Source: a virus
Lineage: Duplodnaviria > Caudoviricetes
Length of the DNA: 64,000 nt
Direction: 5' to 3' (one strand)
IMG/VR virus record: IMGVR_UViG_3300031857_023573
Coordinates: 161,080-225,079 of that record
Below the pieces are notes generated by a model, which made no database searches, was not told the DNA's origin, and saw only the letters and a program-made list of their open reading frames with translations. The position numbers were made by a program, and so were the translations under genes. Numbering within the stretch: the first letter of the stretch is position 1; the number at the start of each line of letters is the position of its first letter. Positions 31,097 to 41,128 of this stretch are shown piece after piece.

Positions 31097-33730
31097 TTAT
31101 CTGACAAGAGAAATTCTTCCTCTATAAACATGAATTTTATTGAAGATATCGGTCACAAAAAATTGATATACATATACATCTATTTGACAATCTACACCAT
31201 TTAGTGTTCCATCCCAAACGGGATTCTGTGAAGTTTCTTCAAATATCTTCACGCCCCATCTATTAAATATTTGCATAGTAACACTTTTATAGTTTGTTCC
31301 TTTTCCAAAAAATACTTCATTTTCGTTATCATCTGAGGGTGTAAATGCATTTGGTATATAGAATGTAAAAACTGGCTTGATCTCTATTGATCTAAAAGAT
31401 GTGTCTAGACATCCAAATTGATTTCTACATACAAGATTAATTGTATATTGGCCAAAATCTTGATAAGTGTGTTCTGGATCGAACAAGTTACTAGTCTGTC
31501 CGTCTCCAAAACTCCAAAGATAGAAGTTCGAACCTTGTGATAAATTGATACAATTAATTGTGTTATTATATTCATCTAATTGTGTATTTTCAATTGAAAA
31601 AAATGATATCGGACTTGGATATACTGTCACAAGAATCGAGTCTCTATTTTCTGAACTACATCCATTATTAGTTGCGACATTTAATGTCACAGTGTACTGA
31701 CCTGGATTTGTATAAATATGAATTGGATTTTCAGAATTCGATGTATAACCATCTCCGAAGTTCCAATTCCAAAAAGAAATATTACCAACTGAGTTGTCAG
31801 TGAAATAAGCTGTAAAGTCTTCACATCCACTCAAGTTAGGATTTTCAATATTTGAAATTGGATTTTGAAAAACTTGAATAATAGAAGATGACTCACTTTG
31901 GCAACCATTATTACTGATTGCGAGTAAATTAACTTGGTATGTACCCGGTCCGGCATATGTATGTGTAGGGTTTACTTGATTACTAAATGTATTATCTCCG
32001 AAGTTCCAGATATAGTTTATAATTAGTCCACTTGTTATGTAACTATCGTTAAAAAATTGTACTAGTTCTGAGTCACAAAAAGTATCATTATTGTCAAAAG
32101 AAACTTGAGGAACTGGAAAAACATTCACAACTTCAAATTGTTCTGACGAGCAAGTAAGTATGCCATCAGTAGAAGTTACACTCAGTGAGACATTATATTG
32201 ACCGGGACTTGTGTAAATAAAAGTAGAGTTTTGACTGGTGGACTGCCATCCTTGTGATCCAAAGTTCCATAGGTAAGAATTTGTCTGTGACCAACTTGGA
32301 ACTTGAGAAAAATTGTAAAAGTTAGAAATTTCTCCAAGACAAATATCATCTGCTAAAAAATTAACAATTGGTCTAGGTTGAACGGTAATTGTCTTTTCTA
32401 TAGTATCTCTACAATTAGAACCGTTAATCTCAGTTATTAATAGAACATTGTACACACCTGTATTTTGATAAAGGTGAGTAGGTGAAAAATTGTTAGAAGT
32501 CTGGCCATCGCCAAAAAACCAAGTGTAGTTATTAGTATATCCAGAAAATTGAGAACTTGTATTAACAAAATAAGAAGTATCATCTTGACACACATTAAAA
32601 GAATTAAAATTAGAAACCGGAGTCGGCCAAATAGTAATTTGCTTACTAAATTGTCCAGTACATCCATCTGAAGAAACAACAGAAAGTGTAACTACATAGT
32701 TTCCTGGATTTGTATAAATATGGCTTGGGCTAAAAAGATTAGATGTTGACCCATCTCCAAAAGTCCAGAAAAAACTCTGAATAGTATCACCACCTGATAT
32801 GTTAGAGGTATTCGTAAATTGAATTGAATTTGAACAATCATCATTATAGGTAAAAATCGGAGTAGGAATTGAAGGTTGAAGATTTGTAGAGAGATTTACT
32901 TGACACCCAGTAGGAGTGGTAATTAGACAAGAAATTGTAGTATATAAATTAGGATTTACAGTTATTGATTCAGTTGTTTCGCCAGTTGACCAAAGATAAT
33001 TAGAAAATCCAGAAGGTGCATTTAAAGTGGCACTAGTATCATTAATACAATAATCTATATCAATTTGGGTTGTTTGACAGTCAAGAAAATCTATATAAGC
33101 ATACCCGAAGTGTCCTCCTAAATCACAATCTCCTGTCTCAAACTCAATCGTGACTGTTTGTCCAATATACGCGGTTAGATCGACTGTTACAAGTGCCCAA
33201 TCTCTCCAAGCAATATTCAGTGGAGTTCCATCGGATCCTACACTTGGACAGTACTGGAAATTTGGTAAATTTGAAGCAGCGGTTACTGTATAATCTGTGC
33301 ACTGTATAACTTGGCCATTTGATAGTCTGACTCTTGATGAGAATCTAGGTTGCTCTTCGTCTAAATGACCGGGATCTTCAAAAACAACAGCGTAAGCATA
33401 TCTTATTAGTGTATTTTGTGGAGTTACATTTAAATTGTAGTATAATCCTTCTGCTTCAGCTCCGACATTATCATTGCCAAGTCTAGCAGAGAAGTTTCCA
33501 TCATAGACAGTTGAAAGTCCTCCACAGGTGTTGGGATCAACTCCTGATGTCATAATAGTTTGTCTACCATTAGTTATTCCGTTATTCGGAAGTGTGATAG
33601 GACAACAAAAGCCTCTTCTTCCAGACCATCCAGTGAAATTACCAAGCTCAAAGTCGGTATTGAAACATTGAGATTGTATTATATTACTAAAAAATAATAA
33701 AACTAGTAAAGTGATAAGTCTTCTTCTCAT
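31097..33730 (-). CDS. secreted PKD-repeat protein with T9SS type-B (gliding-motility) C-terminal domain; start moved to ATG at 33730
   Basis: signal peptide MRRRLITLLVLLFFSNIIQS|Q, six W.FG...P.H.Y..PG.Y-type PKD repeats, C-terminal YIPNAFTP...IFNRWG...WDG...GRISLVR. Confidence 0.9.
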   Translation of the reverse strand: MRRRLITLLVLLFFSNIIQSQCFNTDFELGNFTGWSGRRGFCCPITLPNNGITNGRQTIMTSGVDPNTCGGLSTVYDGNFSARLGNDNVGAEAEGLYYNLNVTPQNTLIRYAYAVVFEDPGHLDEEQPRFSSRVRLSNGQVIQCTDYTVTAASNLPNFQYCPSVGSDGTPLNIAWRDWALVTVDLTAYIGQTVTIEFETGDCDLGGHFGYAYIDFLDCQTTQIDIDYCINDTSATLNAPSGFSNYLWSTGETTESITVNPNLYTTISCLITTPTGCQVNLSTNLQPSIPTPIFTYNDDCSNSIQFTNTSNISGGDTIQSFFWTFGDGSTSNLFSPSHIYTNPGNYVVTLSVVSSDGCTGQFSKQITIWPTPVSNFNSFNVCQDDTSYFVNTSSQFSGYTNNYTWFFGDGQTSNNFSPTHLYQNTGVYNVLLITEINGSNCRDTIEKTITVQPRPIVNFLADDICLGEISNFYNFSQVPSWSQTNSYLWNFGSQGWQSTSQNSTFIYTSPGQYNVSLSVTSTDGILTCSSEQFEVVNVFPVPQVSFDNNDTFCDSELVQFFNDSYITSGLIINYIWNFGDNTFSNQVNPTHTYAGPGTYQVNLLAISNNGCQSESSSIIQVFQNPISNIENPNLSGCEDFTAYFTDNSVGNISFWNWNFGDGYTSNSENPIHIYTNPGQYTVTLNVATNNGCSSENRDSILVTVYPSPISFFSIENTQLDEYNNTINCINLSQGSNFYLWSFGDGQTSNLFDPEHTYQDFGQYTINLVCRNQFGCLDTSFRSIEIKPVFTFYIPNAFTPSDDNENEVFFGKGTNYKSVTMQIFNRWGVKIFEETSQNPVWDGTLNGVDCQIDVYVYQFFVTDIFNKIHVYRGRISLVR

Positions 33731-33871
33731 CTCAAATGTTTTTTTATTATATATTCTTATCAATTTTAGAATAAAATCTATTAATAAAAAATAAAAATTC
33801 AAAAAATCGTTTTTTATTTTAAATAAATAAATATTGTTTTGGATTCGTTTTTTTCACTTAATATATAATTT

Positions 33872-34120
33872 ATGACCGACTTTAAGAAAGAAATAATCCC
33901 CATAATCAAGTGGCTTGCAATTGACCTATTCGAGGTGGTTGTTGATATTCCTTTATCCAATGGTCTTATGTTTCATACAATCGAGTGGAGAAAAAAATCT
34001 AATAAAGTTTACTTACACAAAATTGTTGATAATTTAGATTATCAATTTGATTTTGATGATTTTGATGAAGAAACTAAAAGTGAGATTTATAATTATTTTA
34101 TGAGGACTTTTCTGAATTAG
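33872..34120 (+). CDS. hypothetical protein
   Basis: 82-aa ORF; AATATATA at 33860. Confidence 0.55.
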   Translation: MTDFKKEIIPIIKWLAIDLFEVVVDIPLSNGLMFHTIEWRKKSNKVYLHKIVDNLDYQFDFDDFDEETKSEIYNYFMRTFLN

Positions 34121-34610
34121 TATACCTGTTCTTGCTCTTTTGTTCTAGATACGCTTTTAAGTCGTCGTAGGTGACATTTCCAGGATTGACAACCAGTTTT
34201 TCTGCATTGCCTTCTTTCTTAATTTCAATCTTCTTTTCTTCAGCTGATTTAATTCTATCCTCATACTCAGTTTCTACCTTTTTTAATAGACTTCCTAAGT
34301 AAAAATCTACTCCCTTTTCTTTTACTACTTTAACATCCCAATTAAATATAAATTCTTCAGTGTTATAATATAGTGCGATAACATCTTCGTTAACATAGTA
34401 ATCTAAATAGATTAGTATATTTCCAATATTACCTTTCATGGCAATATTTGTTTTGTAGGTTGTGTTATAGAAGTATGCAAACTTGTCTTTTTCATTATAC
34501 TTCCTCTCACCGTTGTGATCTAAAGTAGATACAAGACCTAAGTTTTGCGTGTAGTACTTAGATTTTTTTATCTCATTAATAAGTGAGTCTCTTGTTACAA
34601 TATTATACAT
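34098..34610 (-). CDS. hypothetical protein
   Basis: 170-aa ORF in a co-oriented run. Confidence 0.6.
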   Translation of the reverse strand: MYNIVTRDSLINEIKKSKYYTQNLGLVSTLDHNGERKYNEKDKFAYFYNTTYKTNIAMKGNIGNILIYLDYYVNEDVIALYYNTEEFIFNWDVKVVKEKGVDFYLGSLLKKVETEYEDRIKSAEEKKIEIKKEGNAEKLVVNPGNVTYDDLKAYLEQKSKNRYTNSEKSS

Positions 34611-34639
34611 AAAATATTTATTACAAGACCGAGTTTCCC

Positions 34640-35197
34640 TTAAACTTCAATTTCAAGTTTTTCTCCTTCTTCTCCAAATTTATCTTCTAATTCGATTTTA
34701 AGATCTACAATTAGATTATCGTCGACTAGTGCCACTTCAACATTTTTATTAATTTGACCAACTAACTCATCACCTCTAGTGAGATCATATTTTTTGAATT
34801 TTAAGAAACAACTTTTGATATCACCATCTGAGAAGTCTTTTGTTTTGTCTTTTGGAACTGCTTCTTCAAGTGGTATAGTAATAAAAAGATCATATCTGCT
34901 AGTCTCATCTTTAAAGATAAATTTGATACTATCAAACACTGATGAGTATTTACTAAACTCAGAAGACTCTAGACTAAGTCCAAGTTCAGCAAATGATATT
35001 TTAGATTTTTCAGACTCTTTTTCTTTTCCCTTTTTTAAAGCGTCACTCATTGTAATGACATCTTTTTCTGTTTTCTCAGGTATTTCAAAGTAATTCTCAA
35101 TTTTTCTTTTTAACTTAGTAAGAGCTGTTTTAACGTACTCTTCAGGAGTATCATGTACATTTTCGTTTAAAAAATCTGAGAACTTTTTTACTTGCAT
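34640..35197 (-). CDS. hypothetical protein with capsid-targeting-like N-terminus
   Basis: MQVKKFSDFLNE. Confidence 0.65.
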   Translation of the reverse strand: MQVKKFSDFLNENVHDTPEEYVKTALTKLKRKIENYFEIPEKTEKDVITMSDALKKGKEKESEKSKISFAELGLSLESSEFSKYSSVFDSIKFIFKDETSRYDLFITIPLEEAVPKDKTKDFSDGDIKSCFLKFKKYDLTRGDELVGQINKNVEVALVDDNLIVDLKIELEDKFGEEGEKLEIEV

Positions 35198-35457
35198 GGT
35201 GATTGATTTTTTTTATTTAGTTTTTGATAGAGTGATTTTACAGAATATTTGATTGATATTATAGGATTAATACCAGAAAATAAGAAATATAGACCAAAAC
35301 AAAATGCCGCAAGTAAGTACAAAATTAAATTCGCTCTCAATAAATTGCCACTTACTTGAATAAGTATCAATTGAATTGCGTCGAAACCTAGCGGATTTAG
35401 GAACATCCCGCAAATAAGAAACATGGTCGCCAGTCTTGGCCTTACTATCCTCTTCAT
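35188..35457 (-). CDS. small membrane protein (2 predicted TM segments)
   Basis: hydrophobic LATMFLICGMFLNPLGF and LILYLLAAFCFGLYFLF segments. Confidence 0.55.
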   Translation of the reverse strand: MKRIVRPRLATMFLICGMFLNPLGFDAIQLILIQVSGNLLRANLILYLLAAFCFGLYFLFSGINPIISIKYSVKSLYQKLNKKNQSPCK

Positions 35458-35568
35458 TTTTTTCCTCTTTAATCGTTAAACTATCAAAGTCCATTAAATT
35501 TTTTATATTTTGAGTCTTAATTCCAAATCACACAAATCAACTTCTATATCGATTAAGACTTATTAAGT

Positions 35569-36048
35569 CTATATATTAATTAAAGATTCGAGTTTATTAT
35601 CTCTTAAAGTTGTGATATCCGTAATGTCGTTGTATCTAAGATACCACCGTGTTTTAAGTGTTGTAACATCAAGATATTTACAAATTCCAAAAATTGAAAG
35701 AGATTTGAATTCACATTCTTCTTTGAAAAATTTTATTATTTCCTCATCTGAATTAAATTCTTTAGTTTCCGCACTAAATACTCTTCTGAAAATTTCACCA
35801 TTCTCAATTGTGTGTAAGAAATACTGAGGTCTCTTTGGAACAACAGCTAAACAGTTGTTAAAATGAGAATAAAGGCTTTCAAACCAAAGACTTGGGTGGA
35901 GACTAGCAACAGTCACATTACTCATGTCATTATTACCGAGTCTAATTGAGTTATCAAATAACATTTTTAGGGCGGTTATATCTTTATCAGAGAAAATAAG
36001 AACTTCCACTTCTGATTCTAATTTACTCAGAGACTCTATAAATGACAT
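35569..36048 (-). CDS. hypothetical protein ending in the shared C-terminal motif
   Basis: ends LRDNKLESLINI. Confidence 0.6.
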   Translation of the reverse strand: MSFIESLSKLESEVEVLIFSDKDITALKMLFDNSIRLGNNDMSNVTVASLHPSLWFESLYSHFNNCLAVVPKRPQYFLHTIENGEIFRRVFSAETKEFNSDEEIIKFFKEECEFKSLSIFGICKYLDVTTLKTRWYLRYNDITDITTLRDNKLESLINI

Positions 36049-36055
36049 ATTTATT

Positions 36056-36502
36056 TTAGATTTTATCTACTTTTATTCCCGAAGACTTTAAAAATTGTAC
36101 TCCTAAATCATCACGATAATCTTCCTCATATACTACCCTTGAGATACCAGATTGTAAAATTAATTTAGAACAATTTTTACAAGGTGAATGAGTTAAATAT
36201 AAAGTGGAACCTTCACAAGAGTGACCCCACCTTGCACACTTCAGTATGGCATTTGCCTCACCATGTAGTGTATACCAATGTGTTTGGTAGTTTTCATCTT
36301 CGCAACAATTATCATATCCATTTGGAGTGCCATTGAAACCATCTGAGATAATCATTCCATTTTTAACTATTAGTGCACCGACTTTTAGTCTTGAACACTG
36401 GGACAGTTTGGACCAAGTTTTGGCCATTTCAAGGTATGTTAGATCGTATCTTGCTTGTTTGTCCAAAATATTATGAAACTCTTTCAACTTGAATAAAGTC
36501 AA
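36056..36502 (-). CDS. dCMP deaminase
   Basis: KVGALIV, GFNGTP, HGEANAI and SPCKNC zinc motifs. Confidence 0.92.
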   Translation of the reverse strand: MTLFKLKEFHNILDKQARYDLTYLEMAKTWSKLSQCSRLKVGALIVKNGMIISDGFNGTPNGYDNCCEDENYQTHWYTLHGEANAILKCARWGHSCEGSTLYLTHSPCKNCSKLILQSGISRVVYEEDYRDDLGVQFLKSSGIKVDKI

Positions 36503-37013
36503 GCTCTACCATAGTCGCTCTTGAGAAGATCAAAACTTCGACCTTCAATTTATTTTTTTGATCATCAACGTGTGAAATAGTACCTCTAAATGTACTAAAT
36601 GGCCCGTCAATCACTTTAACTTCCTCTCCAACAGAGAACATAGATGTATTTACCTCTACGTTATCGTTAGTATCTTGGTCTGAAATCATTTTCTTTACTT
36701 CCCAGTCGTGAAGTGGATTAATATCACCGTTTTTAGAACGTACAAACCCAGCAGCTCCTTTTATAACTTTCAAGAAATTGTTTATTTCTCCTACGTGTGA
36801 CGTTTCGATAAATAGATATCCTGGATAAAGAATTCTTTCTTTTGCGACTCTTTTACCATTTTTAACTGAGAAAACCTTTTCAGTAGGTATGATGTTTCTA
36901 CCAATTATATCACTAAGCTTTTCTCGTGATATTTCAAGTTTCAATTTTTCTAAAACACTTCTTTCTCTGTTGTTTTGAGTACGAATTGCGTACCAGTTCA
37001 TTGTTTCTGCCAT
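36471..37013 (-). CDS. nusG: transcription termination/antitermination factor NusG
   Basis: WYAIRT, IIPTEKV, LYPGYLFI (NGN) and VGEEVKVIDGPF...F.G...LKVEVLIFSRATMVELDFIQV (KOW). Confidence 0.93.
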   Translation of the reverse strand: MAETMNWYAIRTQNNRERSVLEKLKLEISREKLSDIIGRNIIPTEKVFSVKNGKRVAKERILYPGYLFIETSHVGEINNFLKVIKGAAGFVRSKNGDINPLHDWEVKKMISDQDTNDNVEVNTSMFSVGEEVKVIDGPFSTFRGTISHVDDQKNKLKVEVLIFSRATMVELDFIQVERVS

Positions 37014-37015
37014 TT

Positions 37016-37405
37016 TTATTTTTTGTTTTTATAAAATTTTAATTCTTCTTTAATTAAATCTGGGTAGTTCTCTATTAGGTATACTAAATCTTCTGATTTA
37101 TTTAAGTTTAATTTGTCCATTAATAGTAAGAAATCTTTTTGGTCGATTTCTCCTGTTTCCGATTTAGGACTTTTTGACCAAAACCACTGAGGGTAAGATT
37201 TGTCTTTAAAGAAATAGAACCACAAATCTAAAGCTGTGGACTTTTCCACAGACTTCATATTCAAAAGTTGAGATTTTGTTGTATACTTTTTGCTGAAGTA
37301 TCGATTGAATATAAAGAAATATTTGTTTTTATCTTCTTCAGAAATGTTAACCCAGTTCTTCTTGTCTTTAAAAAGAGCATTTGCAACATCTATAAGTTCG
37401 GCCAT
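37016..37405 (-). CDS. possible T4 gp62-like clamp loader small subunit
   Basis: YFFIFNRYFS resembles gp62 Y.PYI.NR.FS; size and replication-gene context. Confidence 0.4.
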   Translation of the reverse strand: MAELIDVANALFKDKKNWVNISEEDKNKYFFIFNRYFSKKYTTKSQLLNMKSVEKSTALDLWFYFFKDKSYPQWFWSKSPKSETGEIDQKDFLLLMDKLNLNKSEDLVYLIENYPDLIKEELKFYKNKK

Positions 37406-37408
37406 ATC

Positions 37409-38383
37409 TTATCGATTATTAAATAATGTAGACATGTTATTTCTTATTTCATCAGGAAAGTTGTCTATTCTTAGGTCAATCAATTTCATATTATCTTTTA
37501 TCTTATCAACTATATTTTGAATATTCGACCTAGAGATCTTCTTTTTTTCACATATAACATCTGCTATATTTTCGAAAAGATCAGGATCTTCCAGAGAAGG
37601 TTCTCCAAACTCAATTATATAGGTCTCATAAATCGAACTAGCGCCTTTGACGCCAATTCCTCTGATTTTCCCAGATTTAGTTGTTTGATATACTGACTGA
37701 ATATTATCACTAATATCTCCTGATATTATCTTAACAAAAAGTGATTGTAAATTATTAATCTCAACTAATTGATACTTGGTTATGAACCTATTCATTAGTC
37801 TCAAGAATTCGCCATTATCGTTTAAATTAAAAATATCGTCATTTTGCTTTGATGATATCCTATTAATAAACACTTGATAATTTTTAGGTAAAAATATCTT
37901 TTCTTGATTATACATCTCATTACTCATAAAATTAATCCACTCTCTTTCAAGATCAAATCCTAAAAGTTGTTTAATATCATGATCATTTGAGACAATAAAG
38001 TTGGATTGACCGTCATCATTCGTGTTGTGAATAACAAATGAAATCCAATCATCACCTTCTATTGTTGGTGATTCAAGTATTTTAACTCCGGTGCTTTTAA
38101 TTTTTTGTTTAAATTCCTCATAAGTAGTATAGACAAAATTCCAGTCAATATCTGAATCTTTCTTTCTATTAGCCTTGTAATTAGAGTTTAATTTTTTTCT
38201 CCAAGATTTTTCTTTTGAATCCGATACCAAGTAGAAGTTGGCAAAAGGATACATTTTTTTATAATTTGAGATAGTGTTTTCTAGTGATTGAAGAAGAGCA
38301 CCATAAAGGAGATTGTTTTTATGAAGCGTGAAAGTCAATCGTGAAAGAATATAATTACCATCTATTATACAGTTTAATAACAT
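37409..38383 (-). CDS. T4 RNase H-like 5'-3' exonuclease
   Basis: IIDGN, WRKK..YKANRK, EGDDWI, SNDHDIKQL and GDISDNI motifs. Confidence 0.9.
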   Translation of the reverse strand: MLLNCIIDGNYILSRLTFTLHKNNLLYGALLQSLENTISNYKKMYPFANFYLVSDSKEKSWRKKLNSNYKANRKKDSDIDWNFVYTTYEEFKQKIKSTGVKILESPTIEGDDWISFVIHNTNDDGQSNFIVSNDHDIKQLLGFDLEREWINFMSNEMYNQEKIFLPKNYQVFINRISSKQNDDIFNLNDNGEFLRLMNRFITKYQLVEINNLQSLFVKIISGDISDNIQSVYQTTKSGKIRGIGVKGASSIYETYIIEFGEPSLEDPDLFENIADVICEKKKISRSNIQNIVDKIKDNMKLIDLRIDNFPDEIRNNMSTLFNNR

Positions 38384-38466
38384 TTAAATATGTAATATTT
38401 TATAGTTATAGTTCACCATTTAGACTTAGTTTTTAAATGTTAAAAGTAGTAGTTAATATATACCAC

Positions 38467-40017
38467 ATGTTTGATATCAAATATTTTAAAACATTCAATG
38501 AGGCTCTTCTTAATCTTAATCAATTGGCCGCAATAAGAGACGGTCGTGTTAGAGGTAATGTCTTAATTGACAAATTAAAAAACTCAGATTTTTTTGACGT
38601 AGAGGATAAAAATATTGTTGTTTTTCAAATGTTAGACTCCGAAGATAATTGGGTTGATGTTGAAACCGCAATATCTATTTTCACTGATTTAGATGGTAAT
38701 TACGATATTGACAAGGCATTGACTTATTTCAAATCAAAAAATAGATTTAGAAAGGTATTTAAAACTGAGGATGGTCAAACATTTGGTCTTAATCAAATAA
38801 AAAAGACCGGTGATTTTGGTAGTAAGGGTGCCGGTGTTAAAATAAGGGAATTTGAAACAGTTCAATGTATTTTTCTTGGTATAAAACAGGCATATCCAAA
38901 CATCAACTTAAATGATAGAAACATGGTTTCTTTTTATAAGAAATACATGAGATTGGTTAGACAGACTGGTCAGTCTCTAATTAAGACTAGTGATAAAATT
39001 GATCTTAATTTAGAACTACTGGATGAGTTTTATTCTGATTTAAGTTGGTTATATACTTTTTATAAAATTCCAAACAGAATATGGAGAAAAGATTATGTCG
39101 ATAAAAATCAACTCTATTATATTTATCACGTTGGTAATAAAGAGTTAGATTCACCATATGTGAACTTAAATAAGCAGTTTAATTTATTTTCAAAACAGGA
39201 AGGATTCAAAGATATAAACTTTACAAAATGGTGCCCGGCGGATGTTTACCTAGTTGCTATTAATAATATTCATGAGGTGAATGAAAAGATAAGGAGTTGC
39301 AAAACTATCTCAGAGATGACTAAATTGGTGGATGAGTTATTTGATCAAAAAATTCTAATACCGATATCACTTAAAAAGCTATCAGAAGGAACTGATTTTA
39401 AAGTCATTATTAACAGGGAAGTCGATAAAGACCTACCAGACTTTAAAATATCAACATTTAGAATTGGAGATGAGTTGAAAGGAATTGGTTCTAAAATAGA
39501 CACTTTTTCAGAGTGGAAGTATAGAAATAATAAAAATGTTGATACCAAAAAAAGAACTCTTAATCTAGATTCATCAGATACAAGTAAAAAAGTAGATATT
39601 GATGGTGAAGTTGAGGGGTCCTCTTCAAGGCATGGTAAGATATCTTTTAAAGCCCTAAAGAGAATAATTGAGACAGTACAGTTTGAGAATATTCAGAAGA
39701 TACAATCTTCAGAAGAGTTGAGATCTTTGAATATTGAAGAATTAAAAAATTTAGTAAATCAATTAATTCAAAAAGGAAAATCGACAATAAAATCTGAATT
39801 GATATCGGTTACCTCAATAAGTAGAGGATCGGATATTTCTACAAGTGAAAACAAACTAATATCAAGAATACAATCTTTGCAAATAGTAATCGCAATAGCT
39901 CAAATTTATAATAAAGAACCTAAAGTAGCGAATGACATTATCACAAAAATAATGAGATATGCTCTTTCTATTCAAACTGATAAGTTTGAAACCCCTAGAT
40001 ATTTAAGGGTTATTTAG
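38467..40017 (+). CDS. putative PD-(D/E)xK-like nuclease with capsid-targeting-like N-terminus (start moved to 38467)
   Basis: MFDIKYFKTFNE directly after AATATATA; EFETVQ helix, WCPADVY and PISLKK motifs. Confidence 0.55.
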   Translation: MFDIKYFKTFNEALLNLNQLAAIRDGRVRGNVLIDKLKNSDFFDVEDKNIVVFQMLDSEDNWVDVETAISIFTDLDGNYDIDKALTYFKSKNRFRKVFKTEDGQTFGLNQIKKTGDFGSKGAGVKIREFETVQCIFLGIKQAYPNINLNDRNMVSFYKKYMRLVRQTGQSLIKTSDKIDLNLELLDEFYSDLSWLYTFYKIPNRIWRKDYVDKNQLYYIYHVGNKELDSPYVNLNKQFNLFSKQEGFKDINFTKWCPADVYLVAINNIHEVNEKIRSCKTISEMTKLVDELFDQKILIPISLKKLSEGTDFKVIINREVDKDLPDFKISTFRIGDELKGIGSKIDTFSEWKYRNNKNVDTKKRTLNLDSSDTSKKVDIDGEVEGSSSRHGKISFKALKRIIETVQFENIQKIQSSEELRSLNIEELKNLVNQLIQKGKSTIKSELISVTSISRGSDISTSENKLISRIQSLQIVIAIAQIYNKEPKVANDIITKIMRYALSIQTDKFETPRYLRVI

Positions 40018-40300
40018 GCCAGTAGTGACACATCTTGTTTGATGTGTCTGTTGCTTGTGAATTTAATAAACTTTCAATTCTTCTTAATCTTTTGATCGAA
40101 ACTGGTATCTCAATCGTCCAGTCCACTAGTCCGTTTTCATCTATTGAATAGTCGACTTTTGAAAATTCAGAGTGAAAATGGTCATCATCTTGATAGTAAT
40201 AATCATCCCAATAGTCATAATAGAAAAAGTCTTCTTCTTCTAACATTTTTATCTCACTGCTTTTCATTTCAATAGATTTTGTATTTGAATATCTCTCCAA
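40010..40300 (-). CDS. small acidic/aromatic hypothetical protein
   Basis: EEEDFFYYDYWDDYYYQDDD; internal KRLRRIESLL motif. Confidence 0.5.
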   Translation of the reverse strand: MERYSNTKSIEMKSSEIKMLEEEDFFYYDYWDDYYYQDDDHFHSEFSKVDYSIDENGLVDWTIEIPVSIKRLRRIESLLNSQATDTSNKMCHYWPK

Positions 40301-40803
40301 AGATTATTAAACCTTTCTCTGATATCTTCACGTTTTGTGTTATAAATATCTTTTTTTGAGTAGTAGTCAAAATATTTTGACTGTACTTCATTGTTTACTG
40401 ACTGTAGAACTTCTTTTATAAGTTCAAATGAATTTGTGGATTTACAATATAATATTAGATTTTCAATGATATCAAATCCTATTTTATCGAATCCATCAAA
40501 GAAAACAGGTATTGCGTAGTTTTTTAAATAGTTTTCGATATTTAATCTAGGTATATTATCTGTATTTCTTTGAATATGTGGATCATCAAGCATAGGTGAA
40601 ATGAAAAAGAATTTACATTTTGTTTTCATTAGTTCTTTGGTTACCTTTAAAATTAACTTTGAACTTTTCGGCTCAAGATAAAGGCATACCATTTTCGATG
40701 AATTGATATAGGCGAATGGAATCCAAGCCATTTTTCTGTAGTAAATTCTATTGTGTTGAATCTTCCATTCAATATTCTTTGGAAGAAATTTAAACCAATC
40801 CAT
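40264..40803 (-). CDS. hypothetical protein ending in the shared C-terminal motif
   Basis: ends WRDIQIQNLLK. Confidence 0.6.
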   Translation of the reverse strand: MDWFKFLPKNIEWKIQHNRIYYRKMAWIPFAYINSSKMVCLYLEPKSSKLILKVTKELMKTKCKFFFISPMLDDPHIQRNTDNIPRLNIENYLKNYAIPVFFDGFDKIGFDIIENLILYCKSTNSFELIKEVLQSVNNEVQSKYFDYYSKKDIYNTKREDIRERFNNLWRDIQIQNLLK

Positions 40804-41128
40804 TTTCTTTTAAAATTAATTGAAAACTATATTTATCTTTCTCTCTACAACCAGATTTTTTGCCTCTTATATCTCTATAGTATCCTTTATTCTTATTAGG
40901 TGAGTATTTACATTTTATTTTCGAAGTCCAAACCTTTGTCTTATCTCTTTTATAGAAATTAGTAAATTTAGAGCCTATGTGATCAACCCAAATAGGTTGT
41001 GTGATTTGATCTTCATTTGAGTTAAAAAATCCCCAGTAATAATAAGTAGTCTTGGCAGAATGTATTTTGATTCTCTTTTTAAGAATCAACTCTTGTTTAT
41101 TTCTTCTCCAAGCTCTATCTCTTTTCAC
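40790..41128 (-). CDS. basic hypothetical protein
   Basis: 112-aa K/R-rich ORF coupled to the topoisomerase gene. Confidence 0.55.
   Translation of the reverse strand: MKRDRAWRRNKQELILKKRIKIHSAKTTYYYWGFFNSNEDQITQPIWVDHIGSKFTNFYKRDKTKVWTSKIKCKYSPNKNKGYYRDIRGKKSGCREKDKYSFQLILKENGLV

Noticed and set aside
33731-33802. ORF-track N-terminal extension of the PKD protein
   Set aside because: The ATG at 33730 gives a clean signal peptide and follows the AATATATA box; the extension spans AT-rich intergenic DNA
35267-35494. 75-aa ORF overlapping the small membrane protein
   Set aside because: Same-strand overlap in another frame with no recognisable features; the 89-aa hydrophobic ORF is more protein-like, though this choice is not certain
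38437-38466. ORF-track start of the 526-aa protein
   Set aside because: The extension overlaps the AATATATA box; ATG 38467 places the capsid-type leader at the N-terminus
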